Assembly (NCBI GenBank): GCA_965153285.1
Contig: OZ229110.1
Strand: one strand, 5' to 3'
Length of the DNA stretch: 64,000 bases
DNA from: Podarcis tiliguerta
Lineage: Eukaryota
In this document: positions 12,601 through 22,600 of the stretch, piece by piece
How the letters are laid out: each line of letters starts with the position of its first letter
How positions within the stretch are numbered: position 1 is the first letter of the stretch
Position numbers and translations under genes: made by a program
The notes under the pieces: generated by a model
What the model saw: the letters and a program-made list of their open reading frames with translations, nothing else
What the model was told of the DNA's origin: nothing
Database searches by the model: none

Positions 12601-14603
12601 GCCATCAGGTAAGTATGTTTGCCCTCTAACTAATTCATAGTATATCTTCAGCACTGGAAAGAGGGGAAAGAAAAGGAAAAGAGTAGTCTTTGGTGTTTCC
12701 AAGTATTTTTTAAACAAAATAAAATGGTCACCAGAGCTGTTCTATTTTAGTGTTACATTGGGACAGTTGTTGGCTTGTACAGAATGAAATAAATAAATAA
12801 ACACACACACACACACGCCAGTTTAGAAAACAGCTTGGATAAGGAACTTGTGTCACTGTTATTAGTTATATCATGGATTATCTTTGAATGAATGTTCACA
12901 ACACGTTAAACCACAATCCCTAGATTGCCTCTCATTGCAACATTAGCTTCCCTCAAAAAAGCTATTATACATGAGGTCCTCTAACACACAGAAAAATACT
13001 GTATTTGCCGTGACACAGGTAGGACTATGCATGCAGGTAAGCAAGTTTCTGCATCTACATGCTTAGCTGTATCTGGTACATAGAAATGTGCTTCCTGCTA
13101 CTTGATAGCAGCCACAGCTACTTTGTAGTGTGTTCTAGGGTTTGAATCTGCATGCAAAAATGCATGCTGTTGTAAACATAAGTTAGATTGGGGGCATAAT
13201 GTTTTCTGTGATTTTCTAAAATATAAGGTAAAGGTAAAGGACCCCTGACAGTTAAGTCCAGTCGCAAACGACTCTGGGGTTGCAGCGCTCATCTCGCTTT
13301 ACTGGCTGAGGGAAGCCGGCGTTTGTCCACAGACAGTTTTTCCCGGTCATGTGGCCAGCATTACTAAGCCGCTTCTGGCGAAACCAGAGCAGCGCACGAA
13401 AATGCTGTTTACCTTCCCGTCGGAACAGTACCTATTTATCAACTTGCACTTTTTGGCATGCTTTTGAGCTGCTAGGTGGGCAGGAGCTGGGACTGAGCAA
13501 CGGGGGCTCACCCTGTCACGGGGATTCGAACCATCGACCTTCTGATGAGCAAGCCCAAGAGGCTGAGTGGTTAGACCACAGTGACACCTTGTCTCTAAAA
13601 CACAGCAGTGGTATTTCCTGAAGGGAAAACATCTGGACCCCCCCCAACTTGAAAACTATTGCACATGAGAATTAACAGCTGTACATGTATTTGTCTTGGA
13701 AGACAATAAAATTTGTAAGGAAAAAAAACCATTTCACACCCAAAATTCAAATCCGTAGACCTTCTCCCCCACCTTTATTAATGCAGATTTTCTACTGCTG
13801 GGGAAATTAAAAGCTGTGAAAATGCCAAAGTGGAACTTTTTTGAATTTGTTTCTGACATGTCATGTGTCATTTATTGAGTTGAGGGCTTCTCTCCTGTCA
13901 TGCCCCTGAGTTCTGGTTTGTCACTGCTGAGCACATCTCAGCCATTTTATTTCCAGGAACAGCCATGAGAAGATTGTTGCTGTGCCTTTCTCTGGCAACT
14001 GGAGGGATAACATCAGTCAGGGAAGCTTGTGACAAAAAATTTACTTATCCACAGACAAGAGGAAGTCATTAGCAGATTCAGAGGAAACTCAGGGTTTACA
14101 GAAGTACAAAAAAGGCTTTAGACAAAAATCCTAATTGGGGAAAAATCATAAAATCATTCATGAGAGTCTGGGGTACAAGGTTGGGATATCATGCTACTGT
14201 GTCTTGAGAAAATGTAGTAAGAGAGTATTTGGAAATATTAAGCCCAAACATGCCTCTTGATAATTTTATGTGTTGAGTGAGTGAGTTGTGGCTCTCCTTA
14301 TTGAGTATTATTAAAATTAAATTTAAAATTGTACTGAGCCATTATTGTGCTCAGCTTAATTTAACTTTTATGTAGAAGCTATGAAGAAGGCTGCTGCCTG
14401 AATGAGGTGTTATTCCATCTTTGTATTAAGCTCAGATTAATCAATTTCAAAAATAACAATGACCATGGCAATATTCTAGGTACAAGGCACTGCATCATCA
14501 ACAAAACTGCTGGTTGTACGAAGTTCAGAGCAAGGAGCACGAAAGAACCCTGCAGCATCCTCAAGCAGCACGGAGGGCCACTATCATTCATCTCGGCGAC
14601 CTG
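496..14603 (+). CDS. SLC9C1: SLC9C-family sperm-type Na+/H+ exchanger (SLC9C1/SLC9C2-like), 3' part; joined exons 496-621, 2563-2661, 8861-9037, 10689-10826, 12423-12608, 14480-14603
   Basis: Six GT-AG exons join in frame into MILIKKQQ...[16 protein letters not shown]|[33 protein letters not shown]|LSGS...[24 protein letters not shown]|TCFIS...[11 protein letters not shown]...|[14 protein letters not shown]...[11 protein letters not shown]|[14 protein letters not shown]. This is colinear with the mammalian SLC9C1 C-terminal CNBD region as I recall it (GEINCLT, KMWLKLGL, DWNY..LSNIY, APFLIP.TCHQ). C1 vs C2 vs another paralogue is not resolved. Confidence 0.88.
2001..2346. mobile_element. Tc1/mariner (Tigger-like) MITE
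   Basis: TIRs CAGTGGTGCCTTGCAAGACGAA / TTCGTCTTGCGGGGCACCACTG with TA target duplication. Confidence 0.85.
2563..2661 (+). CDS. SLC9C1: SLC9C-like exon B (start of CNBD)
   Basis: ctattttcag|AGAAAA...ATAAAG|gtaaat; [33 protein letters not shown] with the CNBD G.I..EG....I.LI.SG pattern. Confidence 0.92.
3266..4040 (-). mobile_element. CR1-type LINE 3' fragment, interrupted at ~3725-3926
   Basis: Minus-strand peptide [28 protein letters not shown] resembles the CR1 ORF2 C-terminus; CATAAGAAC tail. Confidence 0.7.
3725..3926. mobile_element. Palindromic non-autonomous element (Penelope-terminal-repeat-like) nested in the CR1 fragment
   Basis: Inverted arms ~3789-3844 and ~3855-3906 (GTCCAGTAGCACC..AAGTTTGTTCTTGGTATGAG / CTCATACCAAGAACAAACTT..GGTGCTACTGGAC); flanking duplication CACTTTATCCATG / CACTTTATTCATG. 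Confidence 0.6.
6438..6660. mobile_element. Tigger-like MITE
   Basis: TA|CAGTGGTACCTCAGGTTA ... TAACCTGAGTACCACTG|TA; three internal TCAGGTTACAGAC copies. Confidence 0.85.
6815..7158 (-). mobile_element. BovB (RTE-clade) LINE, 5'-truncated 3' end
   Basis: [72 protein letters not shown]...[15 protein letters not shown] is the BovB RT C-terminus; (CAA)n tail. Confidence 0.93.
8861..9037 (+). CDS. SLC9C1: SLC9C-like exon C (CNBD phosphate-binding cassette)
   Basis: tgtttactag|CTTTCT...GTGCAG|gttgga; [59 protein letters not shown]; read manually, absent from the ORF track. Confidence 0.9.
9205..9600 (-). mobile_element. Degenerate CR1-type 3' fragment
   Basis: Colinear similarity to 3266-3720 (AGAACATAA head, TTTCCAGCAACTG, TCTTCCAACATTC). 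Confidence 0.5.
10689..10826 (+). CDS. SLC9C1: SLC9C-like exon D (CNBD B/C helices)
   Basis: tttttcag|ACATGT...AACCAG|gtaggt; [46 protein letters not shown]. Confidence 0.9.
11705..12072 (+). mobile_element. Sauria SINE
   Basis: tRNA-like head with GGTTCGAATCCC B box, GCAAGTAGATAAATAGGTAC core and (ACCTTT)n tail; 10-bp TSD TTAATAAAAG at 11695-11704 and 12073-12082. Confidence 0.9.
12423..12608 (+). CDS. SLC9C1: SLC9C-like exon E (C-terminal beta domain)
   Basis: tcattgtag|GACTGG...CATCAG|gtaagt; [62 protein letters not shown]. Confidence 0.93.
13225..13592 (-). mobile_element. Sauria SINE (antisense copy)
   Basis: AAGGTAAAGGTAAAGG tail, GTACCTATTTATC core and GGGATTCGAACC; reverse complement of the 11705-12072 copy. 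Confidence 0.9.
14480..14603 (+). CDS. SLC9C1: SLC9C-like exon F, phase 0-1
   Basis: atattctag|GTACAA...CGACCTG|gtatga; [41 protein letters not shown], resembling human IQSIEDFTKVVIIQT. Confidence 0.78.
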
Positions 14604-16039
14604 GTATGAAACTCAAACTCTCAGCCATGCTGGAAGAGGAGAATGGAGCAGGGAGGGAGGACCTAAAATTGGCAGTACTCATCATAGGAGTTGCATGGGA
14701 GATAGGAGGAGGAATGGGCCAGAATTGCCTCCCCTCCTCTAGCGTGCCTCCTCTGTTGGATCTCAGTTCCTTTCATGAATGAAAGAAGCCTGTCCATTCC
14801 TAGATGGGACACACTGGATTCAGCCACAATAAACAGGATAGTTAAAGTCTTCTTACAGGGATTTAATTTCCTGTGAAAATTTACAAAATAACGGGCGAAT
14901 GTAAACAAGATAAATTTGAAAAAGTTCTGTATTTTAATATTGTATAGGGTTTTTTCTAATTCCCCAAAATTCATGCAAGTTTTAAAGCCCTTTAAACTTT
15001 ACAGCTGCCTTGGGACATGTTTTTGGAATGAATCTTTCCAGTCCGAGTACAATAAACTCTGATTTGGTAAGTATAAGTGTATATTAAATGTAAACCAAAT
15101 TTGATTCTTACACCTTCGGTGTTGCTCCAAACCAAACAAGGATTTGGAGTTGCTTGCATGAAAGGCTCCTGTTTCTGTTCTTCCCCTTTTTCTTTCTTGT
15201 CTTCTATACCTGTAGGGGCATGTGATATTATTTTTAATACAACAGTCTCATGCAAGAGCAGTTTGGTGGAAAAGAAAGGGAGGGGCAAGGCAGCAGCAAG
15301 ATACATTTGTGCACCAGCAGAGCCACACCAGGGAGTACATTGCAAAGCTAATGTTGGGTCATTCCTTTAGTTAGAAGAACAGTGGGATAGAGGCAAGTTG
15401 AAATGTTTAATTCAGAGCAGGGTACTTTCTGGACGCAATGTCAACATTTAACACACAATTCATTTGAGATAATAAATACATGAAATACCACATTTAGGAG
15501 GCAGGCATTATTCAAACTGGAAACTACTGCAGTGCTTGCTTATGCAAAGGGAATTCAAGCCAGCATGTTAAATTACTAAGACAATTGCTTATTTGCAATG
15601 GCAACTAGCAAAATTGAAATACTAGGTTTCTATAATGCAGGATGTGTAAACTTAAATAATTGAGCCTGCAATGCTATATGATGAATCTGTGCCCTCAGTG
15701 TCACTGGAGTGCAACTCTTGTTATCCCTGAGCATTAGCTGTGCTGCCTGGGTCTAATAGGCGTTGGGAGTCCAACATCATCTAGGCAGCCACAAGTTTCC
15801 CACCCCTTCTATACTCCTGTACCTAGGAGTAAGACCCACTGAACTCAGTGTGACTTACTCCACAGTATAAATGCAGGCATAAAAATTTCATAAAGTGGAA
15901 TAATGCAAAATATTCTTTGGGTTCTTAGTGACCAAAGTATCTAAAGTCTGGTAGTGTAGCACGGTTCTCTTTTTTGGGCTGTTAATAGGAGGCCTTCCAT
16001 AAAATGAGACTGCCATCAACTGAATAGGTTGGACTAGGT

Positions 16040-16213
16040 CAGAGGTAGTCAGCCTTTTTATACCTACTGCCCACTAATGCATCTTTCTTGATGGTAAAAT
16101 TTCCTTACAACCCACCAGTGCTGCAGTAACATGTGCCATAGAACCCCCTACTGCCCACCTGGAATCCTGAAATGCCCACTAGTGGGCGGTAGGGACCAGG
16201 TTGACTACCCCTG
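16040..16213. mobile_element. hAT MITE nested in a CR1-type tail
   Basis: TIRs CAGAGGTAGTCAGCC / GGTTGACTACCCCTG; 8-bp TSD GACTAGGT/GACTAGAT splits the GGTTGGACTAGATG...CTATGATTC tail. Confidence 0.8.
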
Positions 16214-17026
16214 GACTAGATGGTCCTTTGGTCCCTTTCAACTCTACAAGTCTATGATTCCACCATCTGCTTTCCTGATAAGACTGCATAAGTAGCTGCA
16301 GTATGTTCCATCCTTGAGTTTTAGATATGTAGGGGGGGAAACAAGAGAGACTGATTCAAAAGGTCCTGGTTTATCAACAATGTGATAATTGATCAGTTTC
16401 AAATCTTTCATTTGGGTATATATAAAAAAAGTCACACCTACTTAAATCTGATGGATCTCACTTCACTACCAGGTGACTAGTGTGAAAATAAACAAGTGTC
16501 TAGTAATCTAGTAATTGTAATAATTCATTTATTAAATTAGATGTTTATTATACTGTATGGAAAATGTAGCTGAGACATTTGACCATGTAATTTTCTCTTT
16601 TACAGGAGTATACATATTTAAGCTCAAAAAACCCCCAAGTGAAAAAATAATGAGAAACACATGTCATGTTACAGCACCAGAGAGCAAGGATATGAGGTTT
16701 TGTAGAGAAACAAGCTTAAGTGTTAAATATCAGCTTGCTGATGGAGCCAGGTTTTTTTTATTAGTTAGCCTTTGTTCTGTGAAAGATTTAAAGTTATACA
16801 GAATTTGGCTTAGACGTAAGTGCTGGCAAAACAGCACTGTCCATGTATGCACACTAATCTAGACTGTTCAAACTGTTATTAGTTTATCTGATCTTATTTC
16901 AGCTGTTGTAATTTGTGTAATAAATTTTAAACTAATTTATGCCTCAATAGAATTCAGACAAACGCAGCAATAACAATGCCCATTGATATTGTTTTCAGAA
17001 TTATTTACCTTTTCATACATGCACAG

Positions 17027-17112
17027 GTCTGACTGGTGCTGGCCTCGTGAACAGTTATAAAGTCACATTGTCTACAACCACCACAAATATCCTTGGAGCA
17101 GATTGCTTTTAA
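17027..17112 (+). CDS. Candidate terminal coding exon of the SLC9C-like gene
   Basis: tttcatacatgcacag|GTCTGACT...TGCTTTTAA; in phase 1 gives (G)LTGAGLVNSYKVTLSTTTTNILGADCF*. No homology support; alternative phase-1 acceptors exist at ~15216 and 16606. Confidence 0.3.
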
Positions 17113-18154
17113 AAGGAGTTAATATACATCACTTGAAAGTGTTTTCAGAAGGTAAACAAACTCTCTGAGAGAGGGAGGTATTTTGTGCCACTACGTATCA
17201 TGTGGAGTGAAAGCAAAAGGAAGCCATGCTCACTCCATGGGAGGGGGGAAGGTGTGCTCCTTTTAGGTACATCAGGATTCGGTAGTTATGAATTAACAGA
17301 AGAATTTTTTTTTAACAAGATGCATCCTGTAATTTAATTTAAAAAACAGATACTTTTAATCAACTCTGAAGCAAGGATAAACCATCAGCGCACGTTATCT
17401 CCCTGTTGTGCACACATGCACTAAAAAGATCCCAAGTAATCCGTTAAGTGGACTTCGTTGATCCTATAAATCTTTATTTGAAAGTAAATTCCACTGAGTT
17501 TAGGATTGTTACCTCAGACTTGCATCCTGAAAAGTATGAGCTGAATTCAATTCTAGCTTACTCCAACACTTTGAAAGGAACATACTGAAATGGAAAGTTT
17601 TCGTTTGTGTTTTATACAGCAAAAAGGGGCCTGTTCACTTACTACTCAGTGGGGAGGGGGAATTAAAATTTGGAGATACTTAATCCTGCTCCTCACTTGG
17701 CAAAGTTTATCACCTGAAAACTTTGGTGTAATTACCTGGGGATGCAGCTGCAACTAGTAAACATTTTCACTTTGCAAACATTTACAAGTTGGAGAACAAT
17801 TTAGAAGAGTGGGAATACACCACACCTTTGATGATTAAATCCATTGTGGCATACAAGGTGCCAATACTCATAACTAACCAAATGAATTCCAGTTTCTTTG
17901 AAGAAAGCAAAGATGCTATGAGCATGAAAGCATTGGATTTAAACTCTCTTTCTACTGTAAATGGAACATGGGAACTACCAGTGAGCTGGAACTGACAGCA
18001 TCCACTTTTGTAAGCAGCAACATGCTTCCTGTTTTGCTACTTGATGTAGAAGATCCCTCCAATATAGCAAAATGTTTATTTGAAATGCAGGTGGGAACAC
18101 TTTACATGAACACTGCATTTTGAAAAGCTAAAAATAAGGGAAGAATAAAATGAA

Positions 18155-19574
18155 GTACCAGTATACATTTGTCTTTATTTCTGTATGCAATGTAGTATTA
18201 GGCACATAGCTTGGGACACTTTCTAAAATAAGTCATTGGCCATTGTTTAGAGTATCCTTTTGGCTTTTAAATACTGGTCAGGAAAACAAATGATGTAAAA
18301 ATAAATGACTAACTTTCTATGAAAAGAAATAAAAATGGATTTGCATCTAAAAGTGCAAGAGGTGAAGTACTTTAACCCTTTCACCAGACAATGTGGCAAT
18401 ATACATTATATTGCTTGTTTGAGAAGGCGGTTGGAATTTTATGACATAGAAAATTATAAATTACAATTAGTTTCCATAATCACTATATATATATACACAA
18501 GCCAGTTATGAAAAAAAAACTGGTTTAAAACTTACAAATGAAAAACTTCACACAGATCAAAACAGTGAAAGTATAACAATTAACATGCTCAAGTGCCCAA
18601 TTTTGATATTTAAAAGATATACCTTTAAAACACATGAACTGTAATTACATGAGCAGCATGGGCATTTCATTATATTTAGTTGATTTGTCAAAAGGATTAC
18701 AGTGTTTTAAATATGAAGATTGTTCCAAAAATGTTTAATTTTATAATGCTCTGAATTAAAGTACATCTTGGTGAATGGGTTAAAAAAGGTGAATCACTTA
18801 AAATACACAACAAGCCATGTGCACTTCAAAAATATTCTAGTGTTTCACCTGTAAGGTATTGTTTCAAGCAAACAAAGACTTAACAGAACGTATGGCTTTA
18901 CAGTAACATCAATTTGTCAACTAAATTGTAGCAATAAATACTTAAAATCTCTACCCATAGACTTACATTTTGATCTGGTTTAAACAATACAGAAAACGAT
19001 TACCAATTGAAAATCTGCTGTAAAATGTTGAACACCAAAATTCTTTTAAAATCATTTTTCAAAATCTAAAACCAAAACATTTAAAGGGCATTGCAGATGA
19101 ACAATTCTTTGCCAAACTGAAAGAAACATGGACTTCAGATATTTTTAGGGTGAAATATTATGAAAACTGCTAAATACTTTGGTCACTAATTGTCAAATAG
19201 TTATGCCTCAAATACATTAGATTTGTGTATTCACTTTTTTATAAAACTATTCTTACAGCCATTTTAACTATAGTATCACTACTTTTGTTACTAGGGTGGC
19301 AAGATCTTATTTCACAGGCCACCCATCATTTAGAACAATACAATTATAAACATACGCAAAAATTTCTTGGTATTTCTCAATGTGCAATTTTTACACTTAT
19401 GAATTTCTGTACAATGTCTTAAAATCTAGAATATAAATGTTGCTGGTCCTGATCCCTTGCGAAATTAGTGCAGCATTGACTGGCTCCAAAATTACTCTAG
19501 ATGAAATCCTCAAGAGACATAAATCCTTGCATATCAGTTCATATTCTTCAGCCAACAGCAGTCAATATCACATA
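18155..19574 (-). other. PPP6R3: PPP6R3 3'UTR (~1.4 kb; end approximate)
   Basis: AT-rich stretch without recognisable repeats, from the stop codon to the minus-strand AATAAA at 18174-18179. Confidence 0.7.
18174..18179 (-). terminator. Probable PPP6R3 polyadenylation signal AATAAA
   Basis: TTTATT on plus strand, followed on the minus strand by U-rich sequence (ACTTCATTTTATTCTT). Confidence 0.65.
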
Positions 19575-19626
19575 TCATACAGGGCCATTAACGGATGCTT
19601 CTGCTAGAAGAGCTTGTTGATCAGTC
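19575..19626 (-). CDS. PPP6R3: PPP6R3 last coding exon
   Basis: ttcttag|G ACT GAT...AAT GGC CCT GTA TGA = (R)[16 protein letters not shown]. Confidence 0.93.
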
Positions 19627-22600
19627 CTAAGAAGTTAAAAAATGTGGAACCAAGTATTAACACAGGGCAACTTTATATTACTTTAAAAATGCAAAATGAG
19701 GAAACAGATAAAAGTTGTGGTGCTTGGAGCCCTGCTGCCTCTTTCCCTGAGCATGTGCAGAGCAGCTCTTTTTGCACACTTGCCTATCCCTCCTATGGCC
19801 ATTTCTGGGCAGTGAGTACTGGCACTTTTTCCCCCCCTAGAAAAAAAAGCACTGGGTAACACTTTGCTTTTCTAGCACCACAATCCTGAATTACTTGATT
19901 CCAGAAATACTGTGGAATATGAGAACAGAAAAATGGGAGGAACCACTTTTGAAAGCACTAAATTTGAGCTATTTGAGGGCCGGTGTAGGAATTTAAGGAA
20001 GGTGATCACATCAGATACTCTAAACGAGAGCTTTCCAAACTGTGTGTCACAATACTTTAGTTGCAGTGTGTAGGTATGTCGTGCAAACGCTTCCTGCACT
20101 GCTCCTGGGGCTGAAAAGGGGTTAGTTTAACCTCCGGCCACAAAACGATGCATGTCTAAAAACTGCCACCAACATGAAAAGTTGGGAAAGCTCTGCTCTA
20201 AACTATGAAATGAAAATATTTTGGCAGCAGTGCTCGTAAGGAAGCTTTACATGAGACAAGGGTTGTATTTAACTTTAGCCCTATTTGGAGCCACTCAAGT
20301 TAATAGACCTACCTTAGGTTCATTAAGTTCAGTGGGTCTACTCTGAGAAGCACTAGCAAGGGATACAGCTCAAAGTGGGGAGCAATCACAGAGACATCAA
20401 AAGAATCAGCCTTTAGGCCTGTTTATAGGCTCAGATGGTCATGTTACAAGACAAAAGGAGATGGCCGAGGCACCTCAGTTACATTGATGTGGGCCTTACA
20501 AATATTTGAGTACGGGTGCTCACAAAACAGTGCTTCTGCTTAAATGTTTGCAAGCAGGAGAAAGGCAAGCAGGGGCATTTGCCTGCTGTGACCTGGGGCC
20601 ATGCTCACCTTCATCCTTTGAGAGTGGCCAGTTCCCTTTTCAAAGCCCATTAACACACCTTGGGGGGGGGGGAGCATCCAATTCTTGAGGAGGCATCTCC
20701 CATCCCTGACAGGAGGAAGAAATCTCAACAGAGTCTGGAGAGTAGCACCAGCACCTGTCTCCTTCCCATCCCTCAATGTTAGTTACAGGGCCCCAGGAAG
20801 GCAGTGGCAGAGGGCTGTTTGCAAACCTCCAGGTACGAACAGAGATATAAAATTCCCAGAAATGTTGACACCGAGGAGAAGAGTTTTTCCCATTAAAAAA
20901 GAAATTTGGGGATAACTTTTTGTCTCTCAGTCTTCCTGTGCCAACCAGACAAAGCACTGATTTCCATAAAAAGAACGGGAGTGGAGAAGAGACTACGAAT
21001 CAGTGAATGTTAACCTGATGTTTAATCAGCATCTTTCAAAGCTACATTACAGTCATACCTTGGGTTGAATGTGCTTTGAGATGAGCGCGTTCGAGTTGCG
21101 CTCCGCGGCAACCCGGAAGTAACGGAGTGCGTTACTTCCGGGTTTCGCCGCTTGCGCATGCGCAGACACTCAAAATGACGTCACGCACATGAGACACATG
21201 GACACGGGTTATGTTTGTTTCTAGATGCGAACAGGGCTCCAGAACAGATCCCGTTCACATCTAGAGGTACCACTGTATCAGTTTCTGCTTCTTTGTATCT
21301 GTCATATAAATCATGGACTTCTGAAAGGTAGAGTACAAGTGCATGACTACTTCCACCCAACACAACAGTTTTTCATCCATAAAGGTTTTTCTTCCATTGT
21401 TAAATAAAAGCTATAAGGTTCTTGGGACTGTGGTCCACATATTCTTCCTTCTCCGCTTTTAAATATATTTTTATTTCAATTTGCCTTTGGCTGAAATGGA
21501 TGGTCTGAATTTTTACTGTTTAAAACACTGTAATAATGCTTTATTATTATTGCCTTATGCTGCTTTTAGGTTTAAAATTTTAGATACAGTACTAATTTTT
21601 AAAAATGCTTGTGTGATACCAAATAAGCTGCCTTTGGTCTTTTGGCAAGGCAGAATACATATCCTTAAATAAATCCTTCATTCCAATGGTAAAAGAAACC
21701 ACACAGTGAAAGGAATATGGCAATAAAGAGCTACCTCTGTTCTAGACTGCTGCTAGCAGGCTGCGGAGTGACAGGATTTTCTTCTGCAGCGTCTGTGTTC
21801 TCCTCCACCACGTATTTACAAGAAGCATCTTGCGAGGTAGACAATTTTCCTTCCTCACTAAAGAAACAGGTTACAGTTTTATTTGTGCCTTCAACATTTG
21901 ATATCATCATGCATTAGTGGGAGGCTTAGGTAGAAAGGGTCCAGAGGTCACATGCAAGTAGATTTTTAGAAATATGATTGAAATATGGAAAACAAGCACA
22001 AGGTTGTGGATTCTGGTCACATTCATCACTGGCATCAGTTTATGTTCACTTAAAAGGGAACTGGACTGGAAAAAATGCAGGATGTAAGATTACAGAGTAG
22101 TAAAAAGAGGAATAAAGAATGTACATGGTGCCCAAAATGGGGAAAAAAAAAAACATTCATTATCCTTTACATACCGATAGGATTTCAACACTCTGAAGCC
22201 AAAAGTGAGGGGGAGGGGGGGAAAGAACAGAAAAGGAATGTAAAAAAAGACCATTAAGAAACTCCTAGAAAAAATAGCCCTTGGATTAAGCCCTATTTAT
22301 GCAGCAGCCAAAAAAGTCATGGTTCATTACGTAAGTCTTCTAAAGTGTGAGCCCAAACTTGCAGTCTGAAGTGGTACAATCTGGACTCAATATTTCTTCC
22401 CCTACCCACTTGTTTGTACTAGGCCTCAACCTAGATTAGAAACTGTTTGTGAGCAGATACATAAGCAGTATAGAATAAATTGTTCTCAGCTTCCAAAAGA
22501 AAAGAATAGAGTACAACTTTTGAAAAAAAAGTATAAAATATCTAAGTGGATATCCTTTCCCAGTCCCCACTCACTTTTTTTTTTTGGGGGGGGGGGGGGA

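Noticed and set aside
21080-21210. CpG-rich patch with CCGGAAGT and GCGCATGCGC motifs suggesting a promoter
   Set aside because: It lies wholly inside a 226-bp TA-flanked MITE, is too short for a CpG island and has no associated exon.
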